Assembly (NCBI GenBank): GCA_003707115.1
Contig: PPNB01000005.1
Location: 372,001 to 436,000, forward strand
Direction: 5' to 3'
Length of the DNA stretch: 64,000 bases
Source of the DNA: Tortispora ganteri
Taxonomy: Eukaryota
Every line of letters begins with the position of its first letter. Position 1 is the first letter of the stretch. The notes under the pieces are model-generated. The model ran no database searches and was not told where the DNA came from. It worked only from the letters and a program-made list of their open reading frames with translations. The position numbers were made by a program, and so were the translations under genes. Positions 1-8,922 of the stretch are shown here, one piece after another.

Positions 1-1641
1 ACAGGAGGAGGAGACGGTGGTCGTCACCCCAGCAACATTTTGGAATATGGCTATCCTACCTGTGGACTGAGTTTCACTGGCGATTCTGCTATTCTTTTTG
101 GTGCTGATGGCGGTACCCTGAGTGGATTTATTTGTGTAGCCGTTCCAGTCGAGTCGGACTGGTGGAAGTTCGGTCAAGCTAAACCGGGCGATATTCTGCG
201 ATTTACTCCTACTTCTCGTGTCGCTGCTATACAACTTAAGCAGAAAAGATTAACGTGGAACAAATATATCGCTACTCTACCTTCTGCCGAGAATGCTAAA
301 GCATTCAATGATGAAGCTTATTCCAATGTGGAAGTTGATGGCACGAGTTCTATCATGTATTCCAGACCTGCTGGTAACGATTTGCCTTTCGTTGAATATC
401 GGCGTTGCGGTGAATCAATGATATTAGTTGACTTCGGCATTCTTGATTTTGATTTAATGAATAATGGCAGACAGTATGCAATGGATCTTGCTCTTCAGAA
501 GTTGCCGGAATCCTCAAAGGCGAAGAAGGCTATATATCGTGTTGAATGTCTTAGTGGGTCGCTTAATGTCAGCTTTGACCCTCTCAAGATAGATGTGCGC
601 GAGATGTTAGAACAACTGATGCATATTGAAAGCGCATTACCTCCATCTCGTGAACTTAAGATCCCGTCTCGCATATTTCACTTCCCTATGGTGTTTGAAC
701 ACTCTGCACTGCGAGCGTGCATCGAAAGGTATGTCAAAACTCAAAGGCCGCATGCACCCTATCTTCCTAACAACATCGAGTACCTGATGAAGACGAGCGC
801 TATTGAGACCTTTGAGGAGTTTAAGACATTCGTAATTGATCAACCTCAAGTTGTGACTGCTGTGTCGTTTTTGTGTGCTCTGCCGTTGTACGTACAGGTC
901 GACCCCAGGAAGAGATTCATGTCTGCGAAGTATAATCCTGCGCGTACATTTACTCCAGCAGGTTGCTTGGCTACAGGTAGCTTGACTAATAGTATTTACT
1001 CTGTTGATTCTCCTGGTGGATACCAAATGTGGGGTATGACGCTTCCTGGTTCGTGCTGGAACACGTTCAGCAGACTGCAAGGATTTCCCCCTGGCCAACC
1101 ATGGCTTATGAATTTGTACGACCAGATTGTGTTTTACGAGGTTACAGAGGAAGAGCTGAACTCTCTTAACGAACAACTGATTACTGGACGATATACTATA
1201 AAGTACGAAGATTCAGTCTTTGATTTCTCTGCATATGCAGACTTGGTTGAGTCTACTAAGGAAGAAGTAGCCGACCTACGTGCGCGCCAGTACAAAGCAT
1301 GCGAGAGCGTCATTGCGTTGGATGCCGAAGATTATGCTCTATGGGAGAAAGAGAAGGAGGAAAGCAAGCTGAGCAAAAGCAGCGAAGAGGGATCGCTAGT
1401 CAACAATCCCAATGCGGTCAAGGTGACTTCACCGATGAATGCGAGTGTATGGAAGATACAGGTTAAACCAGGTGACAAGGTGACCAAGGAGACTGTCTTA
1501 ATGATCCTGGAAGCGATGAAGATGGAAATTCCTGTCCGATGCGAAGACCTAAAGGGGGAGATGACTATTGCTGCGATTATGTCTGAAGAAGCAGATGTTG
1601 TTTCATCTGGTGATTTGCTTTTGATTGGTCTGACAGAATAA
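1..1641 (+). CDS. Urea-carboxylase-like / LamA-like biotin-dependent protein (carboxyltransferase PxpC/PxpB-like domains + C-terminal biotin carrier); 5' end outside window
   Basis: The frame is open from base 1 (TGGGDGGRHPSNILEYGYP). It has the motifs KYNPARTFTP and DSPGGYQMWG and a C-terminal biotinylation motif ILEAMKMEIPV. Confidence 0.85.
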   Translation, partial: TGGGDGGRHPSNILEYGYPTCGLSFTGDSAILFGADGGTLSGFICVAVPVESDWWKFGQAKPGDILRFTPTSRVAAIQLKQKRLTWNKYIATLPSAENAKAFNDEAYSNVEVDGTSSIMYSRPAGNDLPFVEYRRCGESMILVDFGILDFDLMNNGRQYAMDLALQKLPESSKAKKAIYRVECLSGSLNVSFDPLKIDVREMLEQLMHIESALPPSRELKIPSRIFHFPMVFEHSALRACIERYVKTQRPHAPYLPNNIEYLMKTSAIETFEEFKTFVIDQPQVVTAVSFLCALPLYVQVDPRKRFMSAKYNPARTFTPAGCLATGSLTNSIYSVDSPGGYQMWGMTLPGSCWNTFSRLQGFPPGQPWLMNLYDQIVFYEVTEEELNSLNEQLITGRYTIKYEDSVFDFSAYADLVESTKEEVADLRARQYKACESVIALDAEDYALWEKEKEESKLSKSSEEGSLVNNPNAVKVTSPMNASVWKIQVKPGDKVTKETVLMILEAMKMEIPVRCEDLKGEMTIAAIMSEEADVVSSGDLLLIGLTE

Positions 1642-1737
1642 ACAGACGCTTAGATAATAGTAACTACATTAGTTAAATATTATTACAATAGGACTTGTAA
1701 GTGAATGAAGTGAATATACAAAGTTTATGTAAGCTAT

Positions 1738-2487
1738 TCAAGCGTTTACTTCTGCAAGCAGCTCATTGATCTGTTTCGCTTTGATGACGGCATCAGGAAG
1801 ATCGCTGTGAAGACAGACTGTGACTTCAGGCTCGTTAGCAAAATCGAATTGGATTTTCTTGCCACTCTTAGCGTCGACAGTGTCTTCGTAGAGGATCTGA
1901 CGGAGTGCGTCCTTCACTTGGTCGGTGGGCCTGCCTCCGTAGATGGTGAGGGACATGATAGAGCCGTCATCGGCAAAGTTAACGTCAGGGTAGGCCTCTG
2001 GGATGAACTTGATGCCGTACTTTTTGCAGTATTTTTCATGGAATGAGCCCTTGATGCCGTAGACGGGGACTTTGAAGGTAGCGCAAGCAGCCATGACGGC
2101 ATCACAATACTCTTCATCACGGGCGGATTCAATATAAAGTGCACCGTGAGGCTTGATATGGTTCAAAGGGACATTTTCGGACTGCAGGATTGCACACAAA
2201 GCACCGACCTGGTAGAGCACATTTGCTTTTATCTCCTCCTGGGTCATAATCATACGTCTGCGTCCAAATCCTTCGCGATCAGGGAATGAAGGATGTGCAC
2301 CGACAGGTACGCCATGTTTTTTAGCGAGTCTTACAGTTTTGACCATTGTCATAGGGTCAGATCCGTGGAAACCACAGGCGATATTAGCGGACTTGATGAG
2401 AGGCATGAGTTCTTCGTCCGGTCCTAGTTTCCATATACCGTAGCCTTCTCCCATATCGCAGTTCAGATGCACATATCGTTTGACCAT
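1738..2487 (-). CDS. lamB: LamB/YcsF (PxpA, 5-oxoprolinase subunit A) family protein
   Basis: Family signature motifs are present: LNCDMGEGYG, ANIACGFHGSDP, GAHPSFPDREGFGRR, HIKPHGALY, TVCLHSD. Confidence 0.92.
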   Translation of the reverse strand: MVKRYVHLNCDMGEGYGIWKLGPDEELMPLIKSANIACGFHGSDPMTMVKTVRLAKKHGVPVGAHPSFPDREGFGRRRMIMTQEEIKANVLYQVGALCAILQSENVPLNHIKPHGALYIESARDEEYCDAVMAACATFKVPVYGIKGSFHEKYCKKYGIKFIPEAYPDVNFADDGSIMSLTIYGGRPTDQVKDALRQILYEDTVDAKSGKKIQFDFANEPEVTVCLHSDLPDAVIKAKQINELLAEVNA

Positions 2488-2522
2488 TTTTGCAATCGAA
2501 TCAATGTAGTAACGTGGGACCT

Positions 2523-2817
2523 CCCCACCTCTTTATATAATCAGCAAAGGTTAAGCGATTGACAAGTGCAGTAAACATACTTTTCAGATGCACCATTATC
2601 GAAAGCAATTAGGTTTACCGGTTAAAGTCAATTGGCTATCAAAATAGCTGCGAGGTTCCTTAATAGGGATAAAGAAACCGGAGGGATAAGTTCAAAGTGT
2701 GTATGCGCTTAGCTGTGATTGGTCAATGCATAGCTCAAACTCTGCGTAATCGCCACACCGGTGGGTCGGGACATTGCTCCTGCGATAAGATCGTGTTAAG
2801 GAACCACCACCCGATAA
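2523..2817. promoter_or_regulatory. Upstream region of lamB with TATA box and five GATAA sites
   Basis: TATATAAAG lies on the minus strand at about 2531-2539. GATAA sites are at 2596-2600 (reverse), 2668, 2685, 2784 and 2813. A GTGGGG (CreA/Mig1-like) site is on the minus strand at 2523-2528. Confidence 0.5.
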
Positions 2818-2905
2818 ACGCGCTAAGTTTTGGAAGCAGATACTTTTCATATGACATAATTAGTGGCACGCTGCTGTCACGTGTATGTGTAAAAAACGAC
2901 AGTGC

Positions 2906-4162
2906 TCAAGTCCTCGCGGGCGATCGCTGTGGCCGTTTCGGACTAACCGTGACGCGTACACGTTTCTGGCTCTTAACCCAGTCGGAGATCTCTATGTACG
3001 AAGTTCCTTGGCGTACAAGCACATTACTGCCTAATCCACGTACCCAGATAGTCTCATTGCTCATATTGGATCTTGTTTTGATTTGCAATTTCTGTGTGAG
3101 TGAGTAACCGGTACCCTGTGGACCATTAGCCGATGTTACCACAAACTCACCCGGCCGTAGCTCATCCAGAATAGCCTGAACAGTTTTGTCAAGGCTCGTA
3201 TTGTTGTTTTGACGCTCTTTATGTCTGTCTGGTGATGATCTATTTTTCTTTGTAGGTGACGCGTTCTTGAGCGTTTTCTTAGCCTGTGACACATCTTCAA
3301 GCGCCGCCAGAGCCTTCTCGACATCCGGATCACTGATCGTATTCAATATCATTGACCCACGCGAAGACGGTGTATGCAACGGTGACGAATTTTTGTTTGC
3401 ACGTACGGGCGTATATACGGGCGACTGATCTTTGCTCTGCTTAGACGCAGAATTCGGCCGACTGCGTCCGTAGAGGTCCATCACACTATGTGGAGGTGTG
3501 GCTTGTATCATTGGTACGTTGTCCAACTGTGCAATTGACGGAATAATGCTGCTGGTCGAGCTTACACTTGTAGTAGTAGACTGTGGTTTTGACCGCATAT
3601 ACTCTTCTGGCTCATCTATTCCGTCATCTTCTAACTCTATACAGCTTTGTATATCTTTCAGATCATGCACCGTGACCACGCTGCTCAGAGACGCATGCAA
3701 ATCGTTTTCCTTTGAGCTGTCCGTGAACTGCGGCGGCTTAGCGCACACCTCAGACGATATTAGATTAGCCAGGTTTTCTGTCGTCTCAATGGCAAGCGTA
3801 GCCAGCGCCGTATCGGTACCAGTGCCAGTGTCAGTACTCGGAATCTCTGCGCTTTGACCTATTGCCAGTAAATGCGAAGCCACCCGTCTAGAATCCGCAT
3901 CAGCTTTCGCCTGTTCTAGCTCAAATTTTAACTGTACTGTCTGTAACAGTCGTTGAGCAAGCTCAGATGAAGTTGCTGGCTGCTCGACGCTCAGAAGCCG
4001 TTCCTGTAACAATTTGACCTCTTGCCAAATATCTGCAAACTCGTCCTCTGCCAGCCAGTCATAGTACCGGTAATTGCCGTCTCTGTACGCCTTCTCTACA
4101 TACAGCTTTTTCCGCATCAGCGTGCGTATCATCTCGTCTAAAAACTGGATATCGTTAGCCAT
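2906..4162 (-). CDS. Coiled-coil, Ser/Pro-rich protein with a probable divergent C-terminal GAS2/GAR microtubule-binding domain
   Basis: 418-aa ORF. The C-terminal IWVRGLGSNVLVRQGTSYIEISDWV resembles the GAR motif (VMVRVGGGWxxLxxF/W). Confidence 0.5.
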   Translation of the reverse strand: MANDIQFLDEMIRTLMRKKLYVEKAYRDGNYRYYDWLAEDEFADIWQEVKLLQERLLSVEQPATSSELAQRLLQTVQLKFELEQAKADADSRRVASHLLAIGQSAEIPSTDTGTGTDTALATLAIETTENLANLISSEVCAKPPQFTDSSKENDLHASLSSVVTVHDLKDIQSCIELEDDGIDEPEEYMRSKPQSTTTSVSSTSSIIPSIAQLDNVPMIQATPPHSVMDLYGRSRPNSASKQSKDQSPVYTPVRANKNSSPLHTPSSRGSMILNTISDPDVEKALAALEDVSQAKKTLKNASPTKKNRSSPDRHKERQNNNTSLDKTVQAILDELRPGEFVVTSANGPQGTGYSLTQKLQIKTRSNMSNETIWVRGLGSNVLVRQGTSYIEISDWVKSQKRVRVTVSPKRPQRSPART

Positions 4163-4257
4163 TTATTTCCGGCCCTTTGGTGCTCTTTTATGCTTCGTCT
4201 AAAGTGACTTGAAGAGTGTCGGATGATCAAGTCCACGTAAATAAGGCCGCCTTCGAA

Positions 4258-4299
4258 GTGTAAAGCCGCATTGCCTGTTACAGCAATGCGGCTTCACAC
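4258..4299 (-). repeat. Inverted repeat / 17-bp hairpin downstream of MRPL35
   Basis: AAGCCGCATTGC (4263-4274) pairs perfectly with GCAATGCGGCTT (4283-4294). On the minus strand GTGTG/TACAC extends the stem with one G-U pair. Confidence 0.8.
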
Positions 4300-4400
4300 A
4301 TAACTGAAGCAACGCTATTGGAGAGATTCAATGTTCGTAAACAGTCTTCTACATTTTTATTACCATAGAATTTTCATAAGTGCTCTGCAGATTATATGCA

Positions 4401-5405
4401 TTAGTTCGATTGATTGCGCTTTGTAGCAGGTCGTTCAGATATCCGAATCGGCGTGAACACCCGGCCTTCCGGTAGACCGTATTGTTCGCGAACCGAGTCG
4501 GTAGTGCGATCGTATCTGTTCCTCCAAACATGTGCACCTAGAGGACGAAGTTGAAGTTGCTTACAGATATCGCGCAGGTGACGTGCACAGGTAATATTCT
4601 GGAACTGCTTCTTAAGGTCCTTAGTATCGCCTATCGGCTTACGTTGCCAAAGAACCCACAAACAAAGCCGTTCGACACCCGCATTGAGCTCAGGCGTCGG
4701 AGGAATATAATCTAAAATTTCTTTGCCTTCATTTTCCACTGGTTTACCCACTACAGGGTAATTAACGCGCGTTTTGGTTAGCGATATAGGCACGTCAGCT
4801 AGCACCCAATGCACTTTCGTCTTGAACGAGTCGTTCTTAGTGTCGGCAATATCGGGATTAACCAGTATAATACTATAGAGACCTTCATCATGTTCGTCAA
4901 ATGGCTGAATATTTACAACAGGTGGCCTGGCTGTGACTGACGACGGCAGAATAGTTCCAGGTTCTAGAATACGTGTCCGTAGGCCCGGGAATCGTATAGA
5001 GACGTCAACTTTAGGTCTAAATGTAGGCAATGTGTCGGGAATCACATGTAACTGTTCTAATCTTTGCATAAGCAACATTTGCTGCTTTTCATGCCAATGT
5101 TGTTTTTTAATCTCACGAGCTGTACACTCTGACATTAGAGCCGGCTTATGTGGGTTCAAGATAAGTTCCTGAAACTCGGGCTTGTTTATCTCATCCCGGA
5201 TTTTTGACTGCATAATGCGATATTGCATTTGCTTCTTACGCGCCGCAAATTGCTTATCCTCAGGATCGAGTGCGTCTATCTTTTGTTGTAGCCGTTGTAT
5301 TGTAGCAGCATTTTTTGCTTCGATCTTCTTCAGCACAACTTGAGCTGCCTCATAGGCATCAGAAATTCCCGGAACGCTCCTATATATCCTTCGGAATGTA
5401 CTCAT
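4401..5405 (-). CDS. MRPL35: Mitochondrial ribosomal protein mL38 (PEBP-like)
   Basis: LMQRLEQLHVIPDTLP, PEBP-type YSIILVNPD..HW..DYIPPTPE, and a C-terminal VREQYGLPEGRVF. Confidence 0.88.
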   Translation of the reverse strand: MSTFRRIYRSVPGISDAYEAAQVVLKKIEAKNAATIQRLQQKIDALDPEDKQFAARKKQMQYRIMQSKIRDEINKPEFQELILNPHKPALMSECTAREIKKQHWHEKQQMLLMQRLEQLHVIPDTLPTFRPKVDVSIRFPGLRTRILEPGTILPSSVTARPPVVNIQPFDEHDEGLYSIILVNPDIADTKNDSFKTKVHWVLADVPISLTKTRVNYPVVGKPVENEGKEILDYIPPTPELNAGVERLCLWVLWQRKPIGDTKDLKKQFQNITCARHLRDICKQLQLRPLGAHVWRNRYDRTTDSVREQYGLPEGRVFTPIRISERPATKRNQSN

Positions 5406-5684
5406 AACCAGCTATTTGTTGGAAATAAATACTTATAGAAACGAAATAGAGGAAGAATCGGTCTGTACTACTTCGTCAAAAATTAATCGTGAACTCAAGC
5501 CGTTGCCATGCCAATATCCAACAACCGGTTTAGAAACGAACGAAAATATCGTACCCGAAGACAAGAATCTAAGCAGCACAATTCACTGTTTGAAATTGTT
5601 GTTTTTCGACCGTTGAATAATCATATAACCCGTGGTGCGTGCATATTGAGCTGAAAATCTTGTAAATATTGGGTTTTTGTGGTC

Positions 5685-6383
5685 ATGTCTTTCTTTGTTC
5701 ATGCCAAAAAGCCGCCGACGCACGTTTTAGCGACGGTGCGAAAGTTTCCTAATCTGCAGCCATTAAGGCTACAACCAGTGCCTTCAGAGCAGCTGGCAGC
5801 GCCGTTAAGGAAAGATATTTTATGGCGTGCTGTTGTTTTTGAAGGGGATGCGGCTCGTGTCGGTTCTGGTGATTCTCCGACGCGGTCGACAATCGGATAC
5901 TCTACTCGCAAGCTACGCCCTCAGAAGGGCAGTGGTCGAGCGCGTCTAGGCGATGCAGGATCACCTATGCTGCATGGTGGCGGACGTTCGCACAGTGCTC
6001 AAGCTCCAAACGATTTCTCCACAAAACTTCCGCGAAAGATATACGCGCAAGCAGTGCGTGTGTCTATGAGCCATCTATACCAGAACGGCACGCTCAGTGT
6101 AGTTGAACGAGGTGCCTTCAAACATAGCTCGGCGCTGTCATCACCATCAGCTGTTAACTCTTTTCTTTCGCATCATGATTTGCTGGGGAAATACGTGATA
6201 CTCATACAGTCACGGCCTGTCACTGACCAAGAGAAACAGATTGTACAGGAAGGTTCTAACGGCCGTGCTCACAGACTTGACTGCACTGAAGTAGACATTC
6301 GCATGCTTCTGAAAGCACGTAAAGTCATTGTCGAAAGTCCAGTAATAAATCTTTTGGCTGGGAACCCTCATGAGGAGAATTGA
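5685..6383 (+). CDS. YML6: Mitochondrial ribosomal protein uL4m
   Basis: LRKDILWRAV and RKLRPQKGSGRARLGD..SPMLHGGG (uL4 loop). The first ATG is at 5685. Confidence 0.9.
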   Translation: MSFFVHAKKPPTHVLATVRKFPNLQPLRLQPVPSEQLAAPLRKDILWRAVVFEGDAARVGSGDSPTRSTIGYSTRKLRPQKGSGRARLGDAGSPMLHGGGRSHSAQAPNDFSTKLPRKIYAQAVRVSMSHLYQNGTLSVVERGAFKHSSALSSPSAVNSFLSHHDLLGKYVILIQSRPVTDQEKQIVQEGSNGRAHRLDCTEVDIRMLLKARKVIVESPVINLLAGNPHEEN

Positions 6384-6650
6384 CAGTCGCGAGTTCTAGA
6401 TGGAGAAAAAAAAAAGATATCATCTGAAGAGCGTGAGGCCCAAGAAAACCAGCCTTGACGACATATCTGATGATCTCAACGTAACCCAGACGATTAATGC
6501 CTTATAACTTAGAAATCACAATTGTTATACAAATGTTTCTAGTCATAGCGTTCAAGCTAGTTTGCTGCCCAAATAACGGCAAAGTATAAGACCACTCTCC
6601 CAATATACTCTCTTACGTCCATCACACCTGCACACTTAGAAACCAGCATT

Positions 6651-7274
6651 ATGATGCGAATAGGGAGCAGTAAGACGTATTTCAACGTTACTGCATATGT
6701 TAGAGCAGTCAATGCGGCATATTTCAGTAGCATGCGGACGGTTTATAAGCGGCAGCCGGTACCTGAAGCGCTCCAGCGGCTGCGGAGTAATAAAGTGATG
6801 CTAATCGATATGGAAGGCAAGAAACTCGGAGCTGTAGCGGTTGAGGATACATATAAATATTACGATCCTGAGACGCACGAATTGACAGTGGTAAAAGAAG
6901 GTGACGTAGGTGAAAGCCCTGTAGTGCGTGTGATGGAGAAGAATAGTGTGGTACGCAAGAAAAAGACTATCAAGCCGAGCAAACCAAAAAAAACCAAACA
7001 GTTCAATATTTCTTGGACTATGGCACCTGCAGACCATCAAACACGAATCAAGAACGCAATACAGCAGCTGCAAAAGGGACATCCGGTAGAATTCCGGTTT
7101 GGGTTCACGGGATCTGGAAAACCGACGCGGGAGCCGCGTGATCGAAGCGAGATAGATAGATTGATGCAAATGTACAGCGATAGTTGTTCAGAGCACGGTA
7201 AGAGCGGTCATCGGCAACTATCTGCGAAAGAAGAAGGCAGGATTATCTCGTTTTTTCCGTTAAAAGCAACATAA
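6651..7274 (+). CDS. Mitochondrial translation initiation factor IF-3 (Aim23-like)
   Basis: Basic presequence, an IF3-N-like segment (VMLIDMEGKKLG), a Lys-rich linker, and an IF3-C-like KQFNISWTMAPADHQTRIKNAIQQLQKGHPVEFRF. Confidence 0.75.
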   Translation: MMRIGSSKTYFNVTAYVRAVNAAYFSSMRTVYKRQPVPEALQRLRSNKVMLIDMEGKKLGAVAVEDTYKYYDPETHELTVVKEGDVGESPVVRVMEKNSVVRKKKTIKPSKPKKTKQFNISWTMAPADHQTRIKNAIQQLQKGHPVEFRFGFTGSGKPTREPRDRSEIDRLMQMYSDSCSEHGKSGHRQLSAKEEGRIISFFPLKAT

Positions 7275-7276
7275 GG

Positions 7277-8830
7277 TTATGCTTTGCCGAACCAGTTTGT
7301 TTTTTTTGTGATGAAATAGACGGGGATACCTGTGGCGATGAACGCTAATATGATTATTGTGCTCAAAGGTTTTGAGAATATTCCGCGTGACATTAAAAAC
7401 AGTGCTACACAGCAGAATATTATAGGTGTTGAGAGCCACACCTTGTAAGGCCGGTATAGAGTTCTGTCTCTGAACCTCAGGATAATGACACCGAGCACTG
7501 TTATGAAATAGAACAAGTACCCTGAAACGCCGTATATGATTACGAGCTGTTCGAAGTTTCCTACTAGCACGTAAACCACAATAAGGACGGCAAACAGGAT
7601 CAAGCTGCGGAGCGGTACTTTGCCTTCCTCTCCTGCAGCGAAGTAATGAGGTATGAAATTATTGCGGGCGGCACTTTGTATGAGGCGCGCTGATGAGAAC
7701 ATTGTAGCGTTAAGTGCGCCAAAACATGAGAGACCAACTGCGCAAGCAAAAATAAGACGGCCTGTATAGCCTAAGATACGTTCGCCAAAGGCGAGCGCTA
7801 CCGTGTTGGTAGCGTTTATCTCTGACAGTGGTAGTACTAGAAAGTAGGAGATATTTACTATGAGATAAGCGACAATAACAGTAGGCATAGCAAACTGTAC
7901 GATTTTCGGTAAAGTTTTTGTTGGCTCTTTGAGATCACCAGCGATGAAATTGACGTTATCCCATCCGTCAAAAGCCCATAGAGCAGAATAGAGAGCTGTA
8001 GCGAACTGTGATATATCTTTAGAGGTATTTGACCATATACCATTATCGAAAGCGCCTGGTTTATGGCCATCTACTGCTCCTATGGCTGCATAGACGATAC
8101 CGAAAATGATGACGGCGATAAGAATGGCGAATTTGCAGATAACAAGAATGTTACTGAAACTTGCTGCTTTCCTTGTAGAGAAGGAGTTAAGAAGAACAGC
8201 TAGAAAAAGACCAGTCAAAGCGACAATTTTATCAAGCCAGAACATAAGAGTTGGACTGAGATCCAGCTTTCCGAAGGCTGCTCTATTGACGTATTCACCA
8301 AAGATCACGGCAATGATAGCTGCAGAGCCTGGTTTGAGTAAGACGATAGCGCACCATGAATAAAGGAATGATAAAAATGGTCCATAGACATGTTGAAGGT
8401 ACACTTGTGCACCACCATTATGTGGTAAAGCTGCACCAAGCTCAGCGTATGATAGTGCACCAGTCCATGCGAGTAGTCCAGCAATGACCCATGTAGTAAG
8501 GGCGGCACCTATAGATCCGGTATTGGCGCTAACATTGCCAGGAGATGCAAATATGCCAGAACCTATTTGAAGACCAATAACAAGAGCTAATCCACTAAAT
8601 AAACCAAGTCTTTTTATAGAGACTGGAGTATCTGGGTTGTATGTTGACAAAAGACCACCTGTGAAGCCTAAAGATTCTGCGAATGATAGTGCAAGTGAAG
8701 CTACTGAAAGACTACGATTGCGTGTACCATTAGAAATAGAATGTGAATGTTCAGATCGTTGAGAATCAGATAAAAATTGTGCATCAGTTTCAGAATCAGC
8801 CAATGAGGCTAATTCAAATGAATCAGGCAT
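7277..8830 (-). CDS. APC superfamily, LAT-type amino acid permease
   Basis: IGSGIFASP, YAELG, LWAFDGWDN, RPYKV and about 12 hydrophobic segments. Confidence 0.9.
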   Translation of the reverse strand: MPDSFELASLADSETDAQFLSDSQRSEHSHSISNGTRNRSLSVASLALSFAESLGFTGGLLSTYNPDTPVSIKRLGLFSGLALVIGLQIGSGIFASPGNVSANTGSIGAALTTWVIAGLLAWTGALSYAELGAALPHNGGAQVYLQHVYGPFLSFLYSWCAIVLLKPGSAAIIAVIFGEYVNRAAFGKLDLSPTLMFWLDKIVALTGLFLAVLLNSFSTRKAASFSNILVICKFAILIAVIIFGIVYAAIGAVDGHKPGAFDNGIWSNTSKDISQFATALYSALWAFDGWDNVNFIAGDLKEPTKTLPKIVQFAMPTVIVAYLIVNISYFLVLPLSEINATNTVALAFGERILGYTGRLIFACAVGLSCFGALNATMFSSARLIQSAARNNFIPHYFAAGEEGKVPLRSLILFAVLIVVYVLVGNFEQLVIIYGVSGYLFYFITVLGVIILRFRDRTLYRPYKVWLSTPIIFCCVALFLMSRGIFSKPLSTIIILAFIATGIPVYFITKKTNWFGKA

Positions 8831-8922
8831 GTGGTAGTTAAAAAGGTCAAACTTGTAAAGGTCCTACTACTACTGTTCCCATCATTTTTGTTAACTTACA
8901 TCTTTACTTGAAATTTGACGTG

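Noticed and set aside
1..1641. Annotation as urea amidolyase DUR1,2
   Set aside because: It lacks the GLGDV catalytic motif and is paired with lamB. The N-terminus is not visible, so DUR1,2 cannot be supported.
2697..3107. 136-aa + strand ORF, and likewise the 85-aa ORF at 45708-45965
   Set aside because: Both start at GTG and have no protein-like features. The first overlaps a promoter and a real gene.
6428..6478. U3 snoRNA-like box B (GAGCGTGA) and box C (TGATGA)
   Set aside because: There is no upstream box A/A' and no downstream box D.
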